Origin: an uncultured Chloroflexia bacterium
Lineage (GTDB): Bacteria; Chloroflexota; Dehalococcoidia; GIF9; UBA5629
Assembly (NCBI GenBank): GCA_963705905.1
Contig: OY970123.1
Span: 134,919 to 198,918, forward strand
Length of the DNA stretch: 64,000 bases
Reading direction: 5' to 3'
The position numbers and the translations under genes are program-made. Each line of letters starts with the position of its first letter. Position 1 is the stretch's first letter. The notes under the pieces are model-generated. The model was given only the letters and a program-made list of their open reading frames with translations. It was not told the DNA's origin and made no database searches. Positions 28,660-37,564 of this stretch are shown one piece after another.

Positions 28660-31600
28660 ATGCGGATTAAGTTCCCTGCCATTATAAAAGTGATCGCCGG
28701 CATGCTGGCCGTCGCCGTATTTATCATCCCTGCTAATATGGTTTCACCTGCAACCGTATCCGCGGACCCGGGTATTATGAGATGGGATACCGTCCTGACG
28801 CCCGGGTACCTGGCGAATAAGTGGGATATCGATAATCTGCATGGCCTGGGCGCCAACATGGGCCAGGGCAGCGAGATCATCGACATGGCTGCCGGCAACG
28901 ACGGCAAAACCGTTGTCGCCATCGTCAGGATGTGGGTGCCGGACAATACCGGTGGTATAGCTTCCCCGGGCGGCGCTTACAAAAACATTGTACTTATGTC
29001 TTTTAACGGTGGAATATCTTTCTCGGACTCTCTCTACCATACTCAATTTCCCAATGCCTTAACAGCCCCCAATTTTTTTGAAGTTGAGATGGCCACCGAT
29101 AATCCCCTGGCTATGATACTGACCTCCGAGGACTTCTCGGGGACTCATACCGGTCCCAGGTTAGTGTGGGAAACAGGTTGGGTGCTCGGATATGCGCCCT
29201 GGAGCGTGGTCTTTGACGGCACAAGTGCCCTGTCAGCCGGGGAGACCATCCGCTGTGCAGATGTCTCACCCGACTACGGCGGCTACCGTGACGTTGCTTT
29301 CGGCACCGAGGGTCCAACGGGCGGACGTTGGGGCGCCATATCGAGCAAGCCTTACGGCACCACCCAGGTCCAGCTCAATGCCAACGGCACGCCGCCCCAA
29401 AACTTCGGCACTGCCAGCACTTCCGGAATCGATTATGAGGCCCTCAGGTTTTCTCCGACTTACGGCGGCGATGCTTCGGTAGCCCTGGTATATGCTGATG
29501 TAAACGCCACTTATTATAATGTAGCTTTTCGCGATATTAACCAGAATACCACTGTAAACTATGCTTTCACCTCCCCCGGTATCGAGGTTAAGAACCCTAC
29601 TTCCGCCCCGCTCAGCTCGCCCAACTGGTCGCAGTTGAACAGGACTGACCTGGAACTTCCCTCCGACTTCTCGGGCCAGTCCTCCTCCCTGCGCAGGGTC
29701 TATATAAGCCTTGACGCCTTTGGGTCCAAAGCGGTTGGAAGCTGCGAGGACGGAATTTACAGGATAGACGATACTACACCCTACGTTTTAATGGATACCA
29801 CCACCACTCCGGATAAGTCCATATATAGTATTGCTTATTATGGCACCTATGCCTCGGGCAAGCTGCTGGCCGGCGAGCGCATGGGCCAGCCCTGTGCGGC
29901 TACCGTGCCGACCTGGTTTACGGACTCCCCGACCACCTGTCCGATTCCCTGCTGGTATCCCGCGCTCAAGCCCGCTACCGGCGCCGGCAACCAGGGGGCA
30001 TGCAACACCGGGGCCAAGAACGGCGCCGGCTCGGCCGTTGTCCGCTGGAATGGCGACGGCTCGCTGGGCCTGGTAGCTACGGGTTCTCTACCTGATACAG
30101 TTTATGCCAATCAACCTGGACGCGCGGGCGGCGGGGTTGAATTGCCCGGCACACCTACAGCTACTGCTGCCGGCAAGGGACTCTGGTACCAGATGCAGGG
30201 AGGAAGCGGGGCATCTTTCGTTCCACCTGTAGCACTCGCAGTTGGCTTTGATGCCGTGAATAATGATGAATCGGCCTTTGCCGTCTCCCGCAATAACGGC
30301 GAGACCTGGAACGAGCTGGCCATTATCGATACTACCATCGACTGGTTCAACGATGTAGCCGTATCCCCCGATTGCACGACCATCTACCTGGCTTCGGTCA
30401 ATGAGAACACTGGAATAGGCTGCAACCAGTTCGACAGCGTATGGCGCAGCACTATTAACCCCAACGTCGCAGCGCCTCTACCTGCTATCCCGCCTCTGGG
30501 CACTTACTGGGAGCGTGTCTTCTGCCATGTGACCGCCGGCAACTGCAGTCTTCAACAGTCCAAACTGCCCATACTCCGCGTAGTGGAATCCTGCACCGAT
30601 AAGCCTACCGGCGAGATCGTCGCCTGGGCAGCTCAGTATGCCAACGCAACCAGCAGCAGCACCAGCGGTGGCGTGATGGCCTGGTCGCCCGACTACGGCG
30701 ATTACTGGGCCAGCATTACCCCAAGGTATCCCGTACAGGACTTCGCCTTTGAAACAAGCACCACTATGTACGTATTAAGCGCGGACGGCATTGTCCAGAG
30801 GCTCCCCTACACCGGCACCTCCTGGACAACGAATTTGCCCAACTACGATACGCAGCTTCTTTACGGTCACACCATCGCAGCTGTCCCCGACGGAAAGGTC
30901 CTGGTCGGCGCCGGCGTGAATGCTCCTTATCCGATGGCTTACTCCCTGGATAAGGGCGTCACTATGAGTGTCCTCGCAGATCCTATTGCCGGGCACGGCA
31001 ACGAACATGTCATCTTCGATGTGGACTTCGCTAACAACAGCTTCATCTACATGGCCGATGACAGTGTTTTTAATAACTCGCCGAACTTCACGGTCAATAA
31101 CGGCGGCACCGCAGTCGGCACTGTGTACCGCAATACCATCCCGGCCAATACCAGGTGGGTTGACGGAGACATGATGAGCGCGGCCAATGGCAACGGCTAT
31201 GTCTTCTCTGATGACACCAGCCTGTGGTGGTCGACCGGCGGCTCCAACAATCCTCCGCACATAGTCGGCCAGTTCGGCCTGGTCCAGGCCTGGACGGGCG
31301 ATCCCCAACCGGCGCTTTACAGCGCCCATGACAACGTCACCAACAGCAGTGGCTATCAAGATAGTGCCGTCTGCCGCACACTCAAGCCTCGCGACGGCAT
31401 GCCCAAACCGGGCATCAAGTGGGCCTGTCTCGATATATTCGCTCCGCTCAATCAGAAGAACGTATTCTTCACACTTGAGCCGACTTCGCTCAAGGCCTGC
31501 GGTTGCTGCACTCTCGACACCAACACCACCCTTTATGCCATCGACAACGAGCGCTACGGAGCCCTGGCTGACCTGGCAGGCCGCTGGAACTTCCATCTCC

Positions 31601-32529
31601 TGGATACGGCTGCGAGCGCATGGAACGATAACCCCGGTTATACTCCTACCGCGAACCAGGGTATGCTCTGGGCATACACGGACTGTCTGGCCAAGAAAGG
31701 CCCGGTACTCAAGACCCCGGCTGACCAGTTCCTGGTCGGCGCCGACCCCGTCACCGGCCGCAACCAGCAGATCGACCTCGCCTGGGAACAGCTCTGTCTT
31801 TCCATCTGGTATCAACTTCAGATAGCTAAAGACAAGGATTTCACCCTGAGAGTCAACCCCGCTGTCAACTGGGGCAACGGCTCCACCGGCGTGATCTCCG
31901 CCGTTACGGGCTCTCTGCTGATGCAAATGGATACAACTAACAACACCAGCCCTGCCGCCTGGATACCTCCCGGATCTCTTCCTGAAGCAGGCGCCATCTA
32001 CTACTGGAGGATCCGCTCGGCCAAATCGGCTACCACCCAGATCGCTGACAGCCCGTGGTCCGAGACCCGCAGCTTCACCATCAAAGCAGGCTTCGTCGTC
32101 ACCTCCAACTACCTTGGCGTAGAGCTGCTCAGCCCGGGCAACAGTGCCACCGGGATAACAACCAAACCGACCCAGTTCTCATGGAGCCCCTGGCAGGATG
32201 CTACCAAGTACGAGTTCGACCTGGCCAAGGATTCCGAGTTCAAGCAGATGGTTGTCACCGCCAACACCACTACGACAGCTTATCAATACGCCAATGCCCT
32301 GGACTATAATGCCGTCTATTTCTGGCGTGTAAAGGCTGTCGAGGTCAACGGCCAGAACATCCCGAGCGATTGGTCGGCCACCTTCACCTTTACGACAGAA
32401 ACGGTCCCGATCATACCTCCGCCCCCCACGCAGGCCCCTATTCCCGTCTGGGTATGGGTGCTTATGGCGCTGGGCAGCATTATCGCCGTCGGCATCCTCT
32501 TCCTTATCATGAGGACCCGGCGCATTTAA
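28660..32529 (+). CDS. Giant cell-surface (S-layer-like) protein with BNR/Asp-box beta-propeller repeats, Fn3-like domains and a C-terminal TM anchor
   Basis: 1289 aa with N-terminal signal/TM. Asp-box-like repeats (SRNNGETW, SPDYGDYW). Two Fn3-like C-terminal modules (YYWRIRSA, YFWRVKAV). Ends PPPPTQAPIPVWVWVLMALGSIIAVGILFLIMRTRRI. Numerous N-x-S/T sequons. Confidence 0.7.
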   Translation: MRIKFPAIIKVIAGMLAVAVFIIPANMVSPATVSADPGIMRWDTVLTPGYLANKWDIDNLHGLGANMGQGSEIIDMAAGNDGKTVVAIVRMWVPDNTGGIASPGGAYKNIVLMSFNGGISFSDSLYHTQFPNALTAPNFFEVEMATDNPLAMILTSEDFSGTHTGPRLVWETGWVLGYAPWSVVFDGTSALSAGETIRCADVSPDYGGYRDVAFGTEGPTGGRWGAISSKPYGTTQVQLNANGTPPQNFGTASTSGIDYEALRFSPTYGGDASVALVYADVNATYYNVAFRDINQNTTVNYAFTSPGIEVKNPTSAPLSSPNWSQLNRTDLELPSDFSGQSSSLRRVYISLDAFGSKAVGSCEDGIYRIDDTTPYVLMDTTTTPDKSIYSIAYYGTYASGKLLAGERMGQPCAATVPTWFTDSPTTCPIPCWYPALKPATGAGNQGACNTGAKNGAGSAVVRWNGDGSLGLVATGSLPDTVYANQPGRAGGGVELPGTPTATAAGKGLWYQMQGGSGASFVPPVALAVGFDAVNNDESAFAVSRNNGETWNELAIIDTTIDWFNDVAVSPDCTTIYLASVNENTGIGCNQFDSVWRSTINPNVAAPLPAIPPLGTYWERVFCHVTAGNCSLQQSKLPILRVVESCTDKPTGEIVAWAAQYANATSSSTSGGVMAWSPDYGDYWASITPRYPVQDFAFETSTTMYVLSADGIVQRLPYTGTSWTTNLPNYDTQLLYGHTIAAVPDGKVLVGAGVNAPYPMAYSLDKGVTMSVLADPIAGHGNEHVIFDVDFANNSFIYMADDSVFNNSPNFTVNNGGTAVGTVYRNTIPANTRWVDGDMMSAANGNGYVFSDDTSLWWSTGGSNNPPHIVGQFGLVQAWTGDPQPALYSAHDNVTNSSGYQDSAVCRTLKPRDGMPKPGIKWACLDIFAPLNQKNVFFTLEPTSLKACGCCTLDTNTTLYAIDNERYGALADLAGRWNFHLLDTAASAWNDNPGYTPTANQGMLWAYTDCLAKKGPVLKTPADQFLVGADPVTGRNQQIDLAWEQLCLSIWYQLQIAKDKDFTLRVNPAVNWGNGSTGVISAVTGSLLMQMDTTNNTSPAAWIPPGSLPEAGAIYYWRIRSAKSATTQIADSPWSETRSFTIKAGFVVTSNYLGVELLSPGNSATGITTKPTQFSWSPWQDATKYEFDLAKDSEFKQMVVTANTTTTAYQYANALDYNAVYFWRVKAVEVNGQNIPSDWSATFTFTTETVPIIPPPPTQAPIPVWVWVLMALGSIIAVGILFLIMRTRRI

Positions 32530-32858
32530 TTTGTATTGAAATAGGCTGGCCTAGGATTCCGAGTTCAAGCAGATGGTTGTCACCGCCAACACCACTACGA
32601 CAGCTTACTAATACCAGAATGCCCTGGACTACAATGCCGTCTATTTCTGGCGAGTAAAAGGCCGTAGAGGTTAATGGCCAGAACATCCCGAGCGGATTGG
32701 TCGGCCACCTTCACCTTTACAACAGCATCGGTCCCGATCATCCCTCCGCCACCCACGCAGCCCCCTATCCCCGTCTGGGTATGGGTGCTTATGGCGCTGG
32801 GCAGCATTATCGCAGTCGGCATCCTCTTCCTCATCATGAGGACCCGGCGCCTTTGACG
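32530..32858 (+). pseudogene. Degenerate tandem duplicate of the 3' end (~300 bp) of the surface-protein gene
   Basis: 32551..32858 aligns to 32229..32529 at ~90% identity, with an in-frame stop (ttactaatacc) and frameshifts. Only a 60-aa ORF remains, re-encoding the TM anchor. Confidence 0.6.
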
Positions 32859-32859
32859 C

Positions 32860-33125
32860 ATTTGATTCGTTTTGATTCGTTTTCGGTTCGTTTTAAACAG
32901 GCGTCGTATCTGGTTTATGTTGAAATAGGCTTTGTTTTTGGTTTGTTTTGAAATCGGTTCGTTTTGATTCGTTTTTGATTCGTTTTAAATAAGCGTCGTA
33001 TCTGGTTTGTGTCGAAAAAGATTCGTTTTTGATTCGTTTTAAATAAGCGTCGTATCTGGTTTGTGTCGAAAAAGATTCGTTTTTGATTTGTTTTTTAGAT
33101 ACAAGTTGTAGCTGATTCGTTTCTC
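32860..33125. repeat. Tandem repeat array of ~54-bp units
   Basis: The unit gattcgtttttgattcgttttaaataagcgtcgtatctggtttgtgtcgaaaaa occurs twice perfectly, flanked by degenerate copies. GATTCGTTTT sub-repeats throughout. Confidence 0.7.
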
Positions 33126-33132
33126 GAAATAA

Positions 33133-33170
33133 AAAAGGGGGCGGCCTCGTGCCGCCCCCTTTCTATTTAG
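33133..33170 (+). terminator. Rho-independent terminator
   Basis: aaaaaaggggGCGGCctcgtGCCGCcccctttctattt: GC-rich 9-bp stem plus T-tract. The A-tract on the other side makes it potentially bidirectional. Confidence 0.7.
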
Positions 33171-33399
33171 CGCTTTTTGCTAAGAGTCATTTTCTACTGT
33201 CTGGGCGTTTTTAAAGGTTTAACTAATCTTAAACATTGCTTAATACTTGGATTGTAGAATGCACTGGCATCAACTGAAATAATAGTGGAAGATATGTTCC
33301 TTTTTTTGTCATAAATAGTAAACCTGTTATTATTATTTTTCGTTATAGTAGTTGAATAATCATCTTGCTGGGGCCGGATAATATAGCGGAGACACCTGA

Positions 33400-34020
33400 T
33401 TGAAAAATGTAATCTATGTTGCAATCACCCTGACTATAGCAGCTGCTGCGCTCTTTTGCTTTCAGATGGCATTCAAGGCATTCGAAGTATTTGATATCTC
33501 GATGGAGCCCACCTATAAGACCGGCGATTACATTTTCGTCAATAAATTGGCCTATATTTACGATGCCCCCAAGCGGGGAGATGTAGTGGCCATATACTCA
33601 CCGGAAAGCACGGCGCAACTTTCTCTCAATCCTTTTGAACAGCAAAATTCGTCACAATACATTAAACGTATTATTGCTCTGCCGGGCGATAAGGTAGAGA
33701 TAAAAGATCAAAAGGTATATGTTAACGGCCAGCCGGTTGATGAGCCATACTTATTGGAACCCTGTGACTATGACTATGACCAGCAGACTATCCGTCAAGG
33801 CAGCTATTTTGTTCTGGGCGACAACAGGAACCACAGCGATGACTCACACAGGGGCTGGCTGAGTGCGCGGTCGGACATTATCGGTAAAGTGTGTCTATGC
33901 TACTGGCATGCGGATTACCCTGATATCCATGTTGTGCTGATACCTGCCTTTTTCCTGGTTGTGGGGGCTTTTTCCAAGGATTCGATTTTCGGCTTTTTAA
34001 GAAAACTAGTCAACAGATAA
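33400..34020 (+). CDS. lepB: Signal peptidase I (S26 family)
   Basis: GDYIFVNKLAY, GDVVAI, RIIALPGDKV, YFVLGDNRNHSDDSHRGW boxes B-E. Apparent TTG start. Confidence 0.8.
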   Translation: MKNVIYVAITLTIAAAALFCFQMAFKAFEVFDISMEPTYKTGDYIFVNKLAYIYDAPKRGDVVAIYSPESTAQLSLNPFEQQNSSQYIKRIIALPGDKVEIKDQKVYVNGQPVDEPYLLEPCDYDYDQQTIRQGSYFVLGDNRNHSDDSHRGWLSARSDIIGKVCLCYWHADYPDIHVVLIPAFFLVVGAFSKDSIFGFLRKLVNR

Positions 34021-34065
34021 AGTGCCTGGTCTGGTGGGCCTGTGTTACCTGTGCAGCCTGATAGC

Positions 34066-34311
34066 CTATTTCTTTTTCGCAGCTACTTTTGCTTTCTTTA
34101 CCTTCATGGGTTTGCCGCAGCAGATGATATCGCAGACGTCTGCGCAACCGCAGGTCTCATCTACTGTTACCAGCAGTCCGCATACCCCACACATATATGA
34201 ATCACCGCGGGAGGTCTTCACTGCTGATTTCTTGACCGCTACCGCCTTCTTTTTAGTCGCAACTTTCTTAGGGGCAGCCTTCTTGGTCGCAACCGACTTT
34301 TTTACAGCCAT
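34066..34311 (-). CDS. Small Lys/Ala-rich, Cys-rich protein (81 aa), function unknown
   Basis: Strong RBS (AGGAGGT-6-ATG). N- and C-terminal KKAAPKK/KVKKAKVAAKKK tails flank a 9-Cys core CGVCG...CGCADVCDIICCG. Confidence 0.6.
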   Translation of the reverse strand: MAVKKSVATKKAAPKKVATKKKAVAVKKSAVKTSRGDSYMCGVCGLLVTVDETCGCADVCDIICCGKPMKVKKAKVAAKKK

Positions 34312-34433
34312 AATTATACCTCCTATTAGCTATTATCTTGATAATAAACTATATTTATAATAACTTCAATATGTGCGCGGACAGAATTGCATTATCACTG
34401 TTCAGTTTATAAAATTTTAAGTGGGGGCAAAAG

Positions 34434-34643
34434 GTGAAAGTAAGGGTTGACCGGGAGCTGTGTACAGGAGTTGGAAATTGTGTGGCCATGGCTCCAACCG
34501 TCTTTAAATTGGACAAAAGCAATAAGGCTATCGTATTGGATAAAGACAGCGTTGATAGTCAATTGTTAATGGACGCGGCCGAAAGTTGCCCGGTCGATGC
34601 CATTATTATTGAAGATGACGAGGGCAACCAGATGTACCCGTGA
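34434..34643 (+). CDS. fdx: Small ferredoxin (single [3Fe-4S]/[4Fe-4S] cluster)
   Basis: CTGVGNC...CP(VDAI) motif, 69 aa. Confidence 0.75.
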   Translation: MKVRVDRELCTGVGNCVAMAPTVFKLDKSNKAIVLDKDSVDSQLLMDAAESCPVDAIIIEDDEGNQMYP

Positions 34644-34679
34644 TTTAGCTGCATATTTTGGAGAAGAAGGAGGATAACT

Positions 34680-35126
34680 ATGGCAAAAAAACAAGGGCCG
34701 GTCACCAAGGCATCCAGGGCATTACTGACGATGTTAAACCGGGCAATCGCCAGGGAAATACAGGTATCAATTCAGTATATGTGGCAGCATGTACAATGGG
34801 CCGGTGTCAAAGGTTTTGCTGTTCATGACGCGCTGAAATCAATTGCCATATCGGAGATGAAGCACGCCGAATCCATCGCGGAGCGGTTATTTTATCTTGG
34901 AGAAATCCCGACTACCAAACCGGACCCCATTTTCGTAGGAACAACACTTAAAGAGATGATCGCCAATGATGTGGCCGCGGAAGTGACAGCCGTCAAAATG
35001 TATAAGGATATTATCAAGATGGCCCTCAAGGAGGGCGACGAAACGACGGCCCAACTCTTCCGGGAGATACTCGAGCAGGAAGAGGAACACCATGACACCT
35101 TCACTACGCTGCTGGAAGACCTGTAA
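34680..35126 (+). CDS. bfr: Bacterioferritin / ferritin-like diiron protein
   Basis: Strong RBS GAAGGAGG. SEMKHAESIAERLFYLGEIP and EEEHHD ferroxidase-site residues, 148 aa. Confidence 0.75.
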   Translation: MAKKQGPVTKASRALLTMLNRAIAREIQVSIQYMWQHVQWAGVKGFAVHDALKSIAISEMKHAESIAERLFYLGEIPTTKPDPIFVGTTLKEMIANDVAAEVTAVKMYKDIIKMALKEGDETTAQLFREILEQEEEHHDTFTTLLEDL

Positions 35127-35236
35127 CAGCCGGATAACCGGCGGCCGTTGAAGAATTATTTTATTGCCCACGTGTAAGCAATTTGTGGGGTCTTACATGC
35201 TTGCGCTTTACTGAAATATTGCCGGAGCACGAAGAC

Positions 35237-35647
35237 TTATTGGTTAATTTTGACCTGTGTTCCGTTCATGATCGGGGCGTATCTGTAAGAGCCCTGGTAG
35301 GTTATTTTTGACATGGCCGTTTTTATCTGCGGCACATCCAGAACCCCACTGATTATCCACACCAATTTTACCTGCTTGTTGGCTGTGAGCCGGGTCAGGA
35401 TGGGGACAAAGTCCTGTGTGCCCTGGCTGTAATATTCTATTGGACCGATTTCTATATTTTCCTGGAGAGTGTGCTGTTTCATGCTCTCCAGGGAGGTTTT
35501 GGCGACCGCATTATCAAGGACTAAAAATGCCGCGTAGGTTTTATTGGGATCATAGGTTATTTTAGGCTGAAAAAGCGAACATGACGATACAATAAGGGAC
35601 AACATTACCAGGGAACATGATATAAATATTGCCGTTCGTTTCTTCAT
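35237..35647 (-). CDS. Hypothetical lipoprotein
   Basis: Lipobox-like N-terminus MKKRTAIFISCSLVMLSLIVSSCS. Confidence 0.5.
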   Translation of the reverse strand: MKKRTAIFISCSLVMLSLIVSSCSLFQPKITYDPNKTYAAFLVLDNAVAKTSLESMKQHTLQENIEIGPIEYYSQGTQDFVPILTRLTANKQVKLVWIISGVLDVPQIKTAMSKITYQGSYRYAPIMNGTQVKINQ

Positions 35648-35678
35648 TTATTTACTATTCCTTTACTAAAGGCTTGCT

Positions 35679-36431
35679 TTAATGGCCTTCAGCAGTATTA
35701 CCATTCGTATCCAGGAGATAAACATCAAAGTTAACCGACCCTGTTGCTGTATGTCCCGACTTGTCGCTTACCTGAACGTTGACGGTATATTGCCCGGGTA
35801 CTCCCGGTGGTAGCCAGCCTACCCGGCTGGCTTTACCGTCTTCAATGCCGGTGCCAAAAAGCTTGCCCACCGGCGCAGACCAGACAATTGTTAGTTGACT
35901 CGGGTCTGCGTTGGGGAAAGTACATTGTATATCAGAAACGACGTCATACTCTACCCGTTTGGACACCGTCACCGGGCCTGAGGAGGGCAATGTGAACTTT
36001 AAGTAAATAGTGTTATCTTCAGGCTGGTTGCGCAGGGGATTTAACACTACGTTGAAGGTCCTGCTTTGTGTTGCCTGGGCTCCGGCTTCATTAGTGACCT
36101 TAACGGTTACCGTATAAGCCCCGACGGCACTTGGAGTCGTCCATGTAACTTTCGATCCCTCACCTTCCAATGTTCCGTTATCTACCGACCAATCATAGGT
36201 CAGCTTGGTAGCATTTGGATCCACGGCTACGCAGGTAAGCGGGCCTTTGGACGAAGGCGCCCATTCCAAAATGCCTACTATTCCCTTAATGATCGGTGGT
36301 TCTGCCGCCTGCTGAGGCACCGGTGTGGTAGCAGGAGGAATAGCGACCGGCTGGGGTGCAGAAGAACAGCCGGCAATCAACAACGTGAATGCCGATGTGA
36401 CAACGAATAGAAGTACGCACAGTTTTCTCAT
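35679..36431 (-). CDS. Lipoprotein with two PKD/Ig-like repeats
   Basis: Lipobox LLIAGCSS. Two internally repeated ~80-aa beta-sandwich modules (TYDWSVDNG...YTVTVKVTN and TIVWSAPVG...YTVNVQVSD). Confidence 0.6.
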   Translation of the reverse strand: MRKLCVLLFVVTSAFTLLIAGCSSAPQPVAIPPATTPVPQQAAEPPIIKGIVGILEWAPSSKGPLTCVAVDPNATKLTYDWSVDNGTLEGEGSKVTWTTPSAVGAYTVTVKVTNEAGAQATQSRTFNVVLNPLRNQPEDNTIYLKFTLPSSGPVTVSKRVEYDVVSDIQCTFPNADPSQLTIVWSAPVGKLFGTGIEDGKASRVGWLPPGVPGQYTVNVQVSDKSGHTATGSVNFDVYLLDTNGNTAEGH

Positions 36432-36604
36432 GATCTTTCCTTTTTTATCTAATGTAGTGTAAGAAAATTCATCTCACTATGTCAAAGTTTGACGGTTAAA
36501 ATAAGTATGTTTTATACGTATAACTGAAATAGCGTTGTTTGGTTGCAAAAAATTCGACGATAATATTTTTCGGGGAACTTGCCTTATCACAACGTTAGTG
36601 TCAT

Positions 36605-36637
36605 AATTAAGCTGACTTAATTAAGCGAGCTTAATTA
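36605..36637. promoter_or_regulatory. Putative metalloregulator operator: perfect 20-bp palindrome TAATTAAGC-GA-GCTTAATTA overlapping a 7-4-7 inverted repeat
   Basis: Located 12 bp upstream of the DtxR-family gene start. Resembles DtxR/IdeR-type TTAGGTTAGCCTAACCTAA boxes. Confidence 0.5.
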
Positions 36638-36649
36638 CAGGAGGGACAG

Positions 36650-37564
36650 ATGGAAAGCGAAAGGACTCAGGAATACCTTGAAGCTATATATAAGAGGCAG
36701 AGAATAGAGAAGCCGGTTGCTACATCGATCCTGGCTGAAGACTTAAAAGTGTCTCCTCCGGCCGTCACTGATATGCTTCGCAGCCTTGAAAGCAGGGGTT
36801 TAATCAACTACAAGGTCAACAAGGGGGCGGTCCTAACCGATTTAGGTAGGGAACAGGCTGTGGCGGTTATCAGGCGGCATCGTCTATGGGAGAGGTTTCT
36901 CACCGATGTTCTGGGTATGAAGTGGGACAAGGTGCATGAGGAAGCCTGTAAACTGGAGCATGTTACTTCCCCGGAGATCGAAGAGGGCCTGTCGCAGGTA
37001 CTGGGCAACGTTGATACCTGCCCGCACGGGCACTCCATACCAGATAAGCGAGGCAATATTAAAGAAGAAGGTATGTTGCCCCTTGGCAAATGTCAGGCGG
37101 CTCAGCCGCTATGCATTGCAGCCATCGATAAAGAGGCCCCGGCCTTGCTCAGGAAAATCGAGAAATTGGGTTTAAGACCGGGTGTTCCTCTAAAAATTGT
37201 CAAGAAAAATAAGGATGGGACGCTTGATTTGGAGGCGCATGGAGAAAAACTTTCAATCAACAGTGAAATGGCCGGCGTATTGTTAGTCAGGCCTGAGTCC
37301 AAAATTGAGGCGCAAGTCAATACGCAGGAGATACCCCTCAGCAAGTTAACCAGCGGGCATTCCGGGATCATTCGCTCCTGCGGGAGCGGACGAAGTTCGT
37401 TGGGGCGTTGTCTTTCGCTGGGTTTTACGCCTGGCAGCATGGTAAAGATGATGGAGAATTTTCGCAGTGGTCCTGTGCTGGTGAAGGTTCACGATACGGA
37501 GGTCGCCCTGGGGCGGGGTCTGGCTGAGAAAATTATCGTTTATCCGAATGCTAAGATATGCTAG
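36650..37564 (+). CDS. DtxR/MntR-family metal-dependent regulator fused to two FeoA (SH3-like) domains
   Basis: N-terminal DtxR HTH plus metal-site residues (RHRLWERFL...CPHGH). Two C-terminal FeoA-like repeats. Overlaps the feoB start by 7 nt. Confidence 0.8.
   Translation: MESERTQEYLEAIYKRQRIEKPVATSILAEDLKVSPPAVTDMLRSLESRGLINYKVNKGAVLTDLGREQAVAVIRRHRLWERFLTDVLGMKWDKVHEEACKLEHVTSPEIEEGLSQVLGNVDTCPHGHSIPDKRGNIKEEGMLPLGKCQAAQPLCIAAIDKEAPALLRKIEKLGLRPGVPLKIVKKNKDGTLDLEAHGEKLSINSEMAGVLLVRPESKIEAQVNTQEIPLSKLTSGHSGIIRSCGSGRSSLGRCLSLGFTPGSMVKMMENFRSGPVLVKVHDTEVALGRGLAEKIIVYPNAKIC

Noticed and set aside
30775-31926. 383-aa minus-strand ORF and several 60-170-aa ORFs inside 28660..32529
   Set aside because: All are embedded antisense or out of frame in the high-GC surface-protein gene. 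Low-complexity Ala/Gly/Arg-rich translations.
32860-33125. Possible CRISPR array
   Set aside because: Repeats are ~54 bp and directly abut each other without unique spacers. This is a simple tandem repeat, not repeat-spacer architecture, and no cas genes are present.
34022-34360. 112-aa plus-strand ORF overlapping the small Cys-rich gene
   Set aside because: No RBS. The hydrophobic low-complexity translation is the mirror of the Lys-rich minus-strand gene, which has a consensus RBS.
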